Shown piece after piece: positions 11,621 to 23,358 of a stretch of DNA of 64,000 bases; position 1 is the stretch's first letter; each line of letters starts with the position of its first letter. The translations under genes and the position numbers were made by a program. The notes below the pieces were generated by a model that was not told the DNA's origin, searched no databases, and was given only the letters and a program-made list of their open reading frames with translations. The DNA comes from Psammoneis japonica (taxonomy: Eukaryota), in assembly GCA_008632985.1 (NCBI GenBank), contig QPGO01000039.1, forward strand, positions 124,001-188,000, read 5' to 3'.

Positions 11621-11989
11621 GGATCTTGAGATGACCGGCGACAACTCGTGGAGAGATTGCTTGGGGGTTGCAGTGCAATTGTGTGTTTAAAAACCAGTGC
11701 TTTAGATTGTTAACGTAGATCTTAATGATGGTGATCTCTTGTCTCTATGTTCTTTTGATGATGTGGTGCAACAGTGTCTTCTTTTTAGCATCGCGGCCGA
11801 TTCACCACACTCTCTACTGGCTAGTTAGCAGCAGCAGGCCCTGGCTACTTGCTACTTGCACCACACGTCTGATTTTCACCTCGGATGCATGGCGACGGAC
11901 GGACAGTGCGACCAATTTTTCCGAATCATCTCCACAGTGTCCACCAGTCCATTGTCATTTGTTGCGATGAAAACTGCACGGCACTGACC

Positions 11990-13184
11990 ATGGCGTTGTC
12001 TCAGCGGCAGATTAACCACAAGCATCCCTTGCAAGCAGAGTCAACATCATCATCCTCGTCTGCTCATTTGGCCACCACTGCCGCCGAGGAAAAAGCCTCC
12101 TTGCTTGCTGCACGACTGCCGCGAACACTGCCGAAGAAATCGCATCTACGTACGAAATGCCTGTTGGTGACAATTGTAATATTAGTTTCCATGCAGTTGC
12201 TTGGATTATTGATTTTATCCGACACCTTTCCTGCGCTGCCATCATTCTGGAGAAGTCCCTGGGAGGCAATCTTGATTCCTCTCTTGCCTCTGGCACGAAC
12301 CGGAGGGCATTTTCGATTTTGCGTATATCAACGAAAATGGTTGTATTGGCCGCTTACCAGGGCCCGACGATTGTGGTTGATGCTGGGACGAAACAATCGT
12401 GATGATGCAGTCTTTTATATCGACATTGAAACGGGAACTGCTAAAAGCTACTCGAACAACGACCTGCCACCCATTCCGAAAAATCATTTGCGATACGTGG
12501 TCATTTCGGATACACACCTTTTGCACGACGATGTCCATCTTGTGCCGGGCCATGTGCTGATTCACTGTGGTGATGTCTTGGTGGAAAATCATGGCAACAG
12601 CAATAATATAGAGAGCAGCAAACGATTTCTCTCGAACTTTGATGATTGGTTGGGAAAACAACAATTGTTGTTTGGATTTGAATCTGTATCGGTAACGGGT
12701 GGCAATCATGACGGTATCTTGCAAGTCTTGGACGACAACCACCATGAGGAAATATTTCGACATGGATCCTTTGTGCACAACAAACAGATGCTATTGGGGT
12801 AGTAGCAATGCAACACAACGGCGCATTTATCTTAGTGCAAGCTCCCGAGGTAGTGATGGTGCTGCGAACCGTGCCTTTCAATACAGCACCAACCAAGCCG
12901 CTCATGACATTTGGTCCAAGGTTCCATTTGATGTAGATATCTTGGTGACACACGGGCCACCATTTGGAATTCTGGATGGGCCAAATGACGGACCCAATGC
13001 CGGATGCCCCATCCTATTGCAGTATGTGACGCAACAAATCAAGCCACGGGTCCATGTGTTTGGTCATTGGCATGATGCTGGCGCCGTCGTGGAGAAACGC
13101 AACAACATTGTATTTGTTAATGCTGCAAGCGTGGATTACGATTATGCCATGACACGCAAGCCAATAGTCTTTGATCTTGGTTAG
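11990..13184 (+). CDS. Metallophosphoesterase (MPPED/239FB-like) with N-terminal TM segment; +1 frameshift near 12796-12800
   Basis: Motifs ISDTH, IHCGD and GGNHD in the first frame; DILVTHGPP and HVFGHWH in the second frame. The break lies at the G run ttggggt. Confidence 0.8.
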
Positions 13185-13699
13185 CTCCGATTCGCTGATG
13201 GGAATCACATATATGTGGCTGTTGATTTTTACTGGAAAAAGAAATGGGCGCAAGTAACATAAAATCGCATACTGTACTGTAGAAGGGGGCGGCTCTAATC
13301 ATGGGTCGAGAGGACGAGAGGAACCCCCCGAAATAAAGCCCTCTCTAACTAGAAAGCAGACATGAGATGCAATTGATCCAATTGTGAGAGGCAACGACGA
13401 ACTGATCGGAAGAAGAAATCATCGTGCGACTGCGCTGCGCGAGAGGAAAAATTTGGACGCAAGTAGAAAACTTGGAGTGTTCTCTACACAAATAGCCAAA
13501 GTAACCTTGCCAACTTCAACCCTCTCCCGGACAATGGAAACGTGTACATTTCACACAACAAAGTATCCAGACTGCTCATTTACACCCCCCTCAACTTGTT
13601 TGTGGAGAGAGAAACTGCATGTTTTCTTACATTCATCGTTTGGCACAGCTCCACAAAACTGGAACGTCACGATTTTGGCACCTTTCTGAAACGGATGAA

Positions 13700-15600
13700 T
13701 GACATCCCCAATCTGTCATCTCTTGCCCCCAACGCTCCTGCACATCACAATGCTGCACTCACTTGGCACCTTGAAAAACCCATCAGCACCTTTTAAAAAA
13801 ACGCCCGAAAAGTCAGCACCCATGCAAAAAAGTGGGTGTCAGGCAGCCAGTGCAGTCATGCGCATGAGGGGTGGCTCTTGCTTCATCTTCTGTGCAAACT
13901 AAATTTGAGCAGATTCTGGCACCACAGCTGATGCATTGGTGGTGTTTGGTCATCTTGTTGGCTTGATGTCAACAGCGCAACCAGTGCAGGGTTGACTGCT
14001 GGGGGTTCATCACATGCGCAGGAAGGTTTGCAAGCCTTGCCAATGAGGTCACACAGGTTGTCACATGCTTCATCATGTTGTGAGATGACTGGGCCACTCT
14101 TCTCACACTGAAGGGCATGGTTGATGGAGAATTTACATCCACACAGCCATCACAGTGCTTGGGTGGAGTGCCGCCATTCCAAAGGCTGAGCGCATTGTGG
14201 AACTCTGGGCATGAGAGTTCCAAGCCATTTAGCATCAATGGGCACACTGAAGGCCATGCTCCAGTCTTGGTGCTGCATCAATGGATCTAGCCTGGACATT
14301 GGGTGGAGTCCAGAGAATTGACTTGAGGGTCTCCTCATGTGCTTTCACTTTCCGACTGGCTGCTTCTCATTTCACTTCATGCACACTGTCCTTGTGAACT
14401 GCAGAAGAGAATTCTGAGTGGCCACGCAGTGAATCTGTCACGTGCAAGCATGCAAAAGCACTTGCTTGAAAGTTTTGACCTGCAGACTCTGTTGGATGAG
14501 GGATGGATGGTTCCAAAAATTTCACTGGGATGGCAGACAGGGAGGCAGTCTGGGGGTCATTGTCTGCCAAGCTCTCTCTGAGCAATGCAGGAAGGAATTT
14601 GTGCTGTGTTGATTGCCCCACTTCCACAAAGGAGTCACCACAGTCATCAACCACATGCTGGACATGCTGCCACTGGTGTTGTGGGGACTTTTGCAGACCA
14701 GCACAGGCAGTCCATGGGTGGTGAATTGTGATCTTGTCTGGGCCTTGGACAAAACCAAGTGGGGCCCAGCATGACTGAGCTTTTTCCTCTGACCATCGGC
14801 CAAGTGCATCCATCTCACCAAAGAAGCCTCTGAGGTGGCAGCTGCCACATTTGACAGTGAAGCCAAGATCTCCAAGGCATGCTCTGGAGCTTTCCAGGCA
14901 ACGTTCTGGGAATGCCAGAGTGTTCTTCTTGGAGTTGTTGGCAGGGTGGCATCCATGCTTGGGGCCTTCAGCTTGGAGAGCCAAGCAAAAGTTCCAAAGG
15001 ACATCAAATTTTCCTCTGCTGCAGTGGAGTCATCAGCATGCCAAGAGGTGAAAGCATCCTTGAAATGCTTGTTCAGCTCTTGGACCAGTGGAAGAATTCC
15101 CAGTCCACAAGTCACTGCACCAAGTGGGTCACCCTGTGCAATGCCTTCATTGCTGAACAGCACATGATCAGGGTGGGTGCTCCAACAATGCTTGCAGCAA
15201 GTGAAAATGGACCTTGTGCCAGATGGCAAAAGGTGCATGACATTGCATGGCATCAAAGTCCCCTTTCTCCGAGGGTGGGTGCTCCAATGCTTGCAGCAAG
15301 TGAAAATGGACCTCATGCCAGATGGCAAAAGGTGCATGACATTGCATCGCATCAAAGTCCACATTCTCCGCATTGAACCCCGTTGGGAAGGCATCAACAC
15401 AAAAAAAAGAAGTTGGAAGTTGCCCTCAAATTTGTGTTGCTCCCAGAGCTCCCAGAGCAGATTTGTGGCATGAATTGCACCTTTGATGCCCACCTCTGGT
15501 CCTGCACATGGCTGATCTACACCACAAGCTTCCTTGGCTTCTCGCTCCAGCAACCAGGAGAACAGCTCAGGCCATGGCTTGCAGGTTTTGGCGCGGCTCT
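13700..15600 (-). mobile_element. Degenerate non-LTR retrotransposon (CRE-like RT plus C-terminal Zn-knuckle region)
   Basis: ACGVDQPCAG, EGIAQGDPL, WHADD (=WYADD), GPKHGCHP (=GPxYGYxP), HLRGFFG, LSCPEFHNAL...CDGC. Multiple frameshifts and an internal duplication at about 15170-15357. Confidence 0.85.
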
Positions 15601-16243
15601 TGTTCGGCATCATACGCGAATGTATGTTTTTATGTACAAGCAACGGAAAATAGATTTTTCAATGAATTAATCATGACCTTTTTTAATATTTAAATCAGCT
15701 TTCTTGACATCCGTTAGAATTTTGATTCCTTAACAAAATTGTTTGATTAGTCATTTTTGATTGTTGTGGCCTACAGTACAGTACAGTCACTTTCATTCTA
15801 CATACATAGCAGAACCCCAAATGATAACCGTTATTATTTACACAACATTTTCCGTTCAGATTCCAAAAATGTCAATGAACACCTCCAGAAATTGATTCGT
15901 GGACGGTAAGTATGAACGTACCACATAGTACGTACCGTACTGTAGGTCCTAGGGCCCTACGTCGTAAAAGACGCACAGTGAATAACGCTCATGCATCATG
16001 CCACCGGTAGCATGCATCACTCATCGCTCATCGCCCGCGAAATGAATGAAAGGTGGGGGTATTATTTTTCGAAATGTGACGGGTCCTGCTGCGGTGCAAT
16101 ACATTATTTGTTTGAAGATATCCTTTCATTCGATTTCTTTTAGCTGCTTTTTGCAATTGTCGGTAGAAACAGACTCATCCGGTTAACTAACGTCCAGCTG
16201 GACGCTGTTGCGTAGCTTACATACTTTTGGTCTTTGCTAAAAC

Positions 16244-17378
16244 ATGTTGGATTGGACTGCACTCGTCAATCACACCAGTCATTACTGTCGTCGTAGACGA
16301 CGCGGTCTGGTATTGTTTGGAGCTGTAGTGCTGCTTGTGGATTTGGCACTGCTCCTTCGAAACGCTTACAACAAGGAGGAGCCGCACCAGGAGAAGCCAC
16401 TGATGATTCGTCAAAGTACACGGATTCGTCAAATTTCCGTTTTGGGAGAACGGAACTCGGGGACACGATGGATATACGAGTCAGTTGCTTTCTTAAAGCA
16501 TGTCATGCCGTTGATCATTATGATGTGTGCTCACTGTGTTTTTATTGTTTTATCGGTGTATATAGCCACTTAATGGACTGCTTCAATAACTCGATTTACG
16601 TAAGAACAGTGATTTGTTTTCTTGTGTTCTTGTCGTTTTTGCATTAAGCACAAGTCATAATCTGACTCTTTTTCTTAAACATTTTAAACAGTTGCGAAGG
16701 AGCTTGAGTCGTCACAAGCACTGGTTTCAACACGAGAATACCCGTTTCTACCACCACGGTGTACTTGCCCTTGAACTCTTTCGGCATCCCTATTACTGGC
16801 TCAAGGCCATGCAGGATCGTCCCCATCACGCCCCCAACCACTTGTTTCTCAATGACTCTGAATTTTTAACCCGACCGTGGACCATGGATCGTATTGGAAG
16901 TGACTTGGTAGTATCGGAACAAGTCAGAAACGGCACGATAAAGTGTCAACAGGATTTTAACTACAGCGACATTATTTCGTGCGAAAAATATCCAATCCCA
17001 GAAGAGCAGTACAATCATTTCCTTTTTTTTTCAGAAGCTCAACCGTTTTACGAAATGAAACCTGGGAGGGGCGGTGAACCCTTTGCTAACATTATGGAGA
17101 TGCGCGGTGCCAAGATTCGGAATTTCCTTGGAATTAAGGACTATGAGGGCGTTGTGGACGTTTGGACCTTGCAATACGAATACTTGTTGAAGAATGGGAC
17201 CAAGCACCTCTTGGATCGAATATCCGAGGCAACAGGCGTGGAGTACCAGTGTGATCCATTCCCGCCACAAGAGAAACGCGACAAACGAGAAATGACAAAG
17301 AGCTTTGTGCGATTGGTCAATGAACATCTCGACTGGAGTGCGGAAGCACTTATTGGGTATTCTCCAGTGCAAGTTTAG
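16244..17378 (+). CDS. Membrane-anchored P-loop sulfotransferase-like protein; exons 16244-16479, 16566-16599, 16692-17378
   Basis: TM anchor, ISVLGERNSGTRW. Two GT-AG introns splice in frame to ...WIYDHLMDCFNNSIYLRRSLSRHKHWFQ; also FRHPYYW and QYE motifs. Confidence 0.75.
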
Positions 17379-17872
17379 TAGAATGACTTGGGCTTTGGGA
17401 AAGCGACTACAGTATTCAAGTTCGTACTCTATTGCCAGCTAAAATAGATACGTATGCGAACGAGTTAATGTAATTTTATTTTAAGGAAAAGTTAGAATTT
17501 ATGGTGCGGAAGAGTCAGGAGAAAGAGTGGTGAGCGAGTTCTATTTTGGTTATGGCGGGAAAACCTGTCTGACCTCTTCGACTAAAAACCATTTGATGAC
17601 GTCACCCTCATTTTTTCAGAAGAAGCAAAATAAATGTCGGATATCTCCCTCCAACACCACGTAACACTCAGTACACATTTGACGTACAAAATTTGGAATT
17701 CGGCATGCAGTACAGAAGATACCGTACAGTACATATGTAATACGACGAACAACGACAGAGACAATACAACAAGCTGCTGCAACAACATTGGAACATTGGC
17801 CGTTTCATTGCTCTATTACTCTTTACATTGGGTTTCTTCTCTTTGAATTATCACAACGTTTTATATATCACC

Positions 17873-18902
17873 ATGTGGAATGATTGGATAAATTCGCCAG
17901 TTCTCAAGATTTCAAACAATGCCAAGCCCCTCGCCGTACAAGTATCGGATTTCATGTGGTGGAATTTTCCATACCATCGTTTGTCATTGCAAGAAGGCTT
18001 GATACCCTTTCTGCTACGACCCGAAGGAGTCATGTCGATGGTTTTGTTTTATATCCTTTCCAAGCCACTCTTGATACAATTGGTCAAGAATTACTCCGAC
18101 GACACGTCCAAGTCGTCATCGTCGTCACGAGTTGCATTTACACGCTTTGTCGCTCTACACAATTTGGCCTTGTCCGTGTTTAGTCTCGTGGTGGCGGTGG
18201 AATGTTGGAATATTTTGGGTCGACAGGCATGGAAAACAAGCATTCAAGAAACGTATTGTGACCAGAGATTTCTGTATGAAACGTCCTCCTTTGGTGCGTG
18301 GGCGGTTGTGTTTTACGTTTCCAAGTTTTATGAATTCGTCGATACGTGGATTCTGATTTTGAAGGTACGAATCATCGTTTTGGTGGTGGAAACAACATAC
18401 TTTTGAGGAAGTGAAATGGAGTGGTTGTAATATCTATATGCTGTTGATTCTCAATCTTGAAAACGCCATCCTTATCTTTGCTGTTTTCTCTATATAGGGC
18501 AAACAACCATCCTTTCTTCAACTTTATCATCACGTCGGTATTGCTCTGTCCATGTGGGGTGGACTTGTCAGCTACGCCTCATGGATTACCATTGTCGTTT
18601 GTCTCAATAGTGTCATTCACACAATCATGTACCTTTACTTTTTTGTCAAAACCCTACATCCCCATTTGCTGCTACACTCCTTGGCACGGTGCTTGACCTT
18701 TATGCAAATTGGACAATTTTTATTGGGAATTGCCATTCAATGGTCTTTATCAAAAACGTGTGACTCCAACAATCCTGCTTCGAATTTCATGTGTATTCTC
18801 ATTATTGCCTATGCCATTGGTTTGATTGGACTCTTTGTGGCATTTGCATTCCAAAAGTATTTTAAGAGGCAACACGAAACGAAAAAGTTAAAGGAAAAGT
18901 AA
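17873..18902 (+). CDS. Fatty-acid elongase (ELO/GNS1/SUR4 family); exons 17873-18364, 18498-18902
   Basis: FYVSKFYEFVDTWILILK, spliced GKQPSFLQLYHH, NSVIHTIMYLYF, TFMQIGQF and a C-terminal Lys-rich ER-retention tail. Confidence 0.9.
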
Positions 18903-19016
18903 AAACGAGAGAGAGACAAGCGTTCTAAAAACATTTTTTTAGGAAAACGAGTCAAACTACAGAAGATAGAGTACCTATAACATGTTAAGCATAGTGTTTT
19001 GTTACTTCTCTATAGC

Positions 19017-20300
19017 TCACCACTCATCATCGACTTTACCAAACAAGTCGGGCATGCCGCACATCAAGTCTTCTTCTTCTTCTTCTTCTTCTTGCGTGCA
19101 TTTCTTCTTTTCATTGACATCATCAATCGGTTCGGCTTCTTTTTTCTCTTCCTCGTGCCGATGTCGGACATACCAACTCAATTGTTCCGATTCCACGTCA
19201 TGATTGGTTTCCTCATGCACACGTTCCAGGTAATTCAAGGCGTATCGAAATTCGTCAATGGAATTGCAATGCACCATTAAATCCCGAATTTTGGTATTGG
19301 ACTGCATATCCGCATGTAGATATCGGTGTAAATGACCACGAATGCACTTCATACCCGACCCTTGTCCACCCACGTCGGGTGGATGTTTTATGGCCAGTTC
19401 CAAGTATTCTCGAGCGAGCGCCAATCTCGAAATGATGCGCTTATTATTGGAGGACACGGGCAAAAACATGGGTGGGTACTCCAACAATGCTTCACTCGCC
19501 ATGATTCCATCGGCCTGGGTAACCTCCAAACACGCTTGTGCCTCTTGAAAATTCGAAACGGATCCATTGGCAAAAATGGGAATACGATTACCCAGCAAAT
19601 CCACTGCTTGTCGAATAGCATCCCAATCGGCCGCTCCCGTAAGGTGTTGTTTTTGCAATCGATTCCGTCCATGAATGGTAATGAGAGAAACACCGGCGTT
19701 TACTAATTTTTCATATAATTTCAAAGAATCTTGCACACCACTTGGCAACAAGCGCACCTTGACGCAAAGAGGTTTCGTCAAGACTTGAACGAGTTCCTTT
19801 ACCAAATTCAACAACAAGTCTTCTTGTTCCAACAAGAACGCTCCATACATGCCACGCCTAGCAATTCCTTGAGGACAACCACAATTGATATCAATTGCAT
19901 CGACATGCGGTTCAATTTCCAGCACCGCTTGTTTGACATAGTCCAAATGGGAACCACAAAATTGCGCCACGAGCGGACGATCGTGTGCCAGTGTGCCTTT
20001 GGTGGAATCAAAAAATTTGGACCTGTATTTGGGGGAGGTACAATACAATTTGGCATGAATCATGGGTGTATAGGCTAAATTGCATCCGTATCGTCGACAT
20101 TGCAAACGAAAGGGCAAATCGGATGCGTCCACCATGGGTGCCACCACAAGAGCCTTGTTTTGGAATGTCTTTTGGAGTTGTAATTTGGGCTCTGTGAGTA
20201 AATCATTCTCTGTATCCATTTTTGACTCGTATTTTTGTAATAATTTAATCACCCAGTCACGATCGACTACGTGCTGGTGCTGCTGTTGCTCCGTCGTCAT
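19017..20300 (-). CDS. DUS1: tRNA-dihydrouridine synthase (DUS1-like)
   Basis: VVAPMVDASDLPFR, YTPM, DRPLVAQFCG, DINCGCPQ, TIHGR, IFANG and DGIMASE. Start taken at the ATG of MTTEQQ. Confidence 0.9.
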   Translation of the reverse strand: MTTEQQQHQHVVDRDWVIKLLQKYESKMDTENDLLTEPKLQLQKTFQNKALVVAPMVDASDLPFRLQCRRYGCNLAYTPMIHAKLYCTSPKYRSKFFDSTKGTLAHDRPLVAQFCGSHLDYVKQAVLEIEPHVDAIDINCGCPQGIARRGMYGAFLLEQEDLLLNLVKELVQVLTKPLCVKVRLLPSGVQDSLKLYEKLVNAGVSLITIHGRNRLQKQHLTGAADWDAIRQAVDLLGNRIPIFANGSVSNFQEAQACLEVTQADGIMASEALLEYPPMFLPVSSNNKRIISRLALAREYLELAIKHPPDVGGQGSGMKCIRGHLHRYLHADMQSNTKIRDLMVHCNSIDEFRYALNYLERVHEETNHDVESEQLSWYVRHRHEEEKKEAEPIDDVNEKKKCTQEEEEEEEDLMCGMPDLFGKVDDEW

Positions 20301-20885
20301 GGTGCTGTCGTCTTTTTTTTTTTTTTGAGACACATGCAATAAAAGTTGGTCCCACAGTATCGTGCACGTTGTGCGTTTCTTGAAAAAACGGGTGGCGGAT
20401 GGCTGCTCCAAACGGAGGCCGGTCAGACAAGTAATCCCTCGTTGCAATCTATCTGCAATCAATCCCAATCAACGCACAAATAACACAGACAAATGCCACT
20501 ATTGGTGTGGAAGAAAAGCTCAATGTGGCATTGAAGAGTCGTCATTTTTAGCCCCATCTTTTCTATTACCGGTATTAGTCTCTACTCTAGCACCGCGAAG
20601 TGTTGAGCGCGGATCTTGAAAAGTCATTTGTGCTTCCGAAGGGCTGGTGTCATCGCGCGCGCGTGCGCGAGCGCGTTCAGACAGGTCGCGCGAATGAGGA
20701 ACGAACAGGAGTGTCAACGGAACGAACTCTGACTGACGCTACGTAAGACGTCGTATCTTTTCTACATGATTGTTGTTCCTCACATTTTGGATGCGTGACA
20801 GCTGTGAGTTGTCAAATCACTCACCTCATACTGTGATGGCTGATTGTTTCTTTCTTTTTCTCACAATAAAAAGAAAGCAAAAACA

Positions 20886-21710
20886 ATGGAAAAGTACATG
20901 GAAAACGCCAACGCGTGTCTTGAACACGCCCACAAGCTCCCCAAGTTCCTCTTGAGAGGATGCGCAGGGTTGATTTTGATTAGCTCAAAAGAAGCCGGTT
21001 TTGTTGTGTCGGGCGCCAGCGGACTTGGCGTGTTGGTATCGCACAAGGATGGAAAATGGTCTCCTCCCGTGGCGGTCAAACTCTCGGGATGGGGTATTGG
21101 TGCCGTTGCGGGTGCTCAAGAACGAGAGATGCTCATCGTTTTGGGACACATGGCGGCCAAAAAGTTGGTCGAAGGTGACGTTCAGTATACGCTCGGTGCC
21201 TCGGCCGGTTTTGCCGTTGCCGATTTTGGACGACAAGCCGAAATTGAAATGGCCGTGTCCAACAAGGGTGGAGTCGGTATGAGTTATGTTTACAGGTAAG
21301 AAAACAAAAAGCTCAATACATTATGATGTTTGCGGTATGAAACGCGCTCAAAACTCGACTCACAGTACTACTTTGTATCTTTTGATTTATGTTTAAGTTA
21401 TGCGAAAGGCACAATGATCTCGGCACAAATCGAAAACACAATGATTGCAGAAGAGCCCCACGTTAATGTCGGTGTTTACCACAAGTCCAGTGCCAAGGAG
21501 ATTATTCACAGTGGTGTCCCCTCTCCCGACACGTATGGAATTGGAGATTTCATGTCCAAGCTCGAGGCGCTCACTGCCGGACCGGCGGCGGGAGGAGTGG
21601 AAGCCGCCCCGGAAGCAGCAGCCGAAGCATCATCTGGTGCAGGCACAGAACCAGCCGAGGCAACAGAGACGGCCGAGGCGGGAGAGACGGCCGAAAAAGG
21701 CGAGTCTTAA
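20886..21710 (+). CDS. SYLF/Ysc84 lipid/actin-binding domain protein; exons 20886-21295, 21398-21710
   Basis: EAGFVVSGASGLGVLV...WSPP...GWGIGAVAGA. GT-AG intron splices to YVYSYAKG; acidic Ala-rich tail. Confidence 0.85.
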
Positions 21711-22362
21711 TTCTCACTCGCTATAGTAGTCGATCGCAATAGTAGCTCGAGCTATGAAACAAAAGCTTCTGTTTCATGCTTGTGTCATTTCATACTACGT
21801 ACAATTTATAGTCCTAACTAGCTAGCCGCCTTTAATATATTTGCTTCCGTAAGGTACGTTTCTGCATGATCCATCAAAACTGGAGTGTTTTCATTCCAAT
21901 ATTTGGCTTTGTATCTGGCATTAGCAAAAAGACTTGCGAGTAATCAACGTCACAACAGCAGCTCTTGCTATTGCGCAATTGCGACGCTGAATTAGAAATC
22001 GACAAGCTTCCTAGCTATTCAGCCCTCCTCCATAATGAAGAGCGACAGGGGGCATTTGGGAGATGTCCATGTCTTTGTGTGACGACTCTTCTGTCAATCT
22101 TGTGTATATATTATTTACAGAAAACGAAACGACAGTGTTCATGCACAATACGCTGTCATAACTGTTTGTTGAAAACGCCGTCAATTATGATGTGCTAGCG
22201 TGCTGTGGCTAAACAAAGTGCATTCTAATAAGGCATAACACAGGTGTAGACATGTAGTAATTTATCCATATTTACAAAGAAGCATATCCAGTGGCTCTGT
22301 CGAACCGTCAATGCCTTTACACTCTACCTTGTGCAATCAAGAATACATTGAAGAAATATCCT

Positions 22363-22902
22363 CTAGCAGATATTACCATCGATTACCTCCAGCAACAATT
22401 GCTGCTGCTCGGGGAATCGCAACTCACTGGCTGAAAACCCAGCAACGGCAGTCCTGTCCCAATATTTAGCATCCACCACCTCGGAGGAGCCATCCGAGGA
22501 AGGCGGATCTTGACCCGTAGGGCTTTCCGTGCAGCAATATCCGGTAAAGAGATCGAGTCCCGAAGTAAACGAAAACGACTTGACTCCACAGGCAGCTTCT
22601 CCAACCTCCACAGTCACTCCAGCCTCTTCGTTGGTTTCGCGAGCCGCAGCGGTTCTGGGCGATTCCAAAAAATTGACGCCTCCCGCAGGAAAGGACCATT
22701 TGCCGTCTGAATCTTGAACCAACAAGAGTTCATTGTTGTCGTTACGCACCAAACATCCAACGGCAAGTGGACACAAAACGTGAACTCCAGGTGTGCAGGC
22801 ATGGCAAAAAGAGGAGCGCTTGTTGTTGAGAGCCAACAAGAATGAGGTGAGGACTGCGATGATCTGGGTCCTTCCCAGCAATGTGAGTTGTTTCGACACC
22901 AT
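22363..22902 (-). CDS. Nudix hydrolase with putative signal peptide
   Basis: Nudix box WSFPAGGVNFLESPRTAAARETNEEAG and a hydrophobic N-terminus. Confidence 0.85.
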   Translation of the reverse strand: MVSKQLTLLGRTQIIAVLTSFLLALNNKRSSFCHACTPGVHVLCPLAVGCLVRNDNNELLLVQDSDGKWSFPAGGVNFLESPRTAAARETNEEAGVTVEVGEAACGVKSFSFTSGLDLFTGYCCTESPTGQDPPSSDGSSEVVDAKYWDRTAVAGFSASELRFPEQQQLLLEVIDGNIC

Positions 22903-23358
22903 GGTTCTTCGTTGACCCTATGTCGCAATGTTTCGTAAAAGTATCTGTCCAATGTCTGCTCGCTGGTTGCGAGTGTTGCAATTGCGGCATGCATGTGAAG
23001 CTGACGACGAAGGGAGGATAGGTGATAGCGGTGAAATTCATGTTGAGCGATGGCCTCTTCGCTCAAAATTTTCATCACGTAGACTAATACTGAATCCCCC
23101 GTAGAACATATTTCCGTTCACACGAGACGGCCGATCCTTGTGAAACTGCCAAATAATGAGTGAGTCAAAGAGGTCGACTGGTGATTTCCCGCCAAAAAAT
23201 CGAATTTAGCATGCGCGCCCACCAAGCATTCGCATCTCCTCAACTCCAAACTTTTGCACGACCGCTCATCTTTCTTCTTTTTCTCATTCAACAGAGAGAT
23301 AGCATCAGCGCAACCACGGAACAATTTTAGCATCTTGAATCTGCCAACAACAACAACA

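Noticed and set aside
12799..12835. 37-nt GT-AG intron repairing the MPPED frameshift
   Set aside because: It is in frame but far shorter than other introns here and would delete the RIYLS strand; an indel is more likely.
13700..15600. Classical fungal RIP
   Set aside because: RIP creates TpA and raises AT content; here TpA is lost.
15600..15733. Kolobok-like right terminus (ttcc|ttaa)
   Set aside because: No matching left terminus found in the window.
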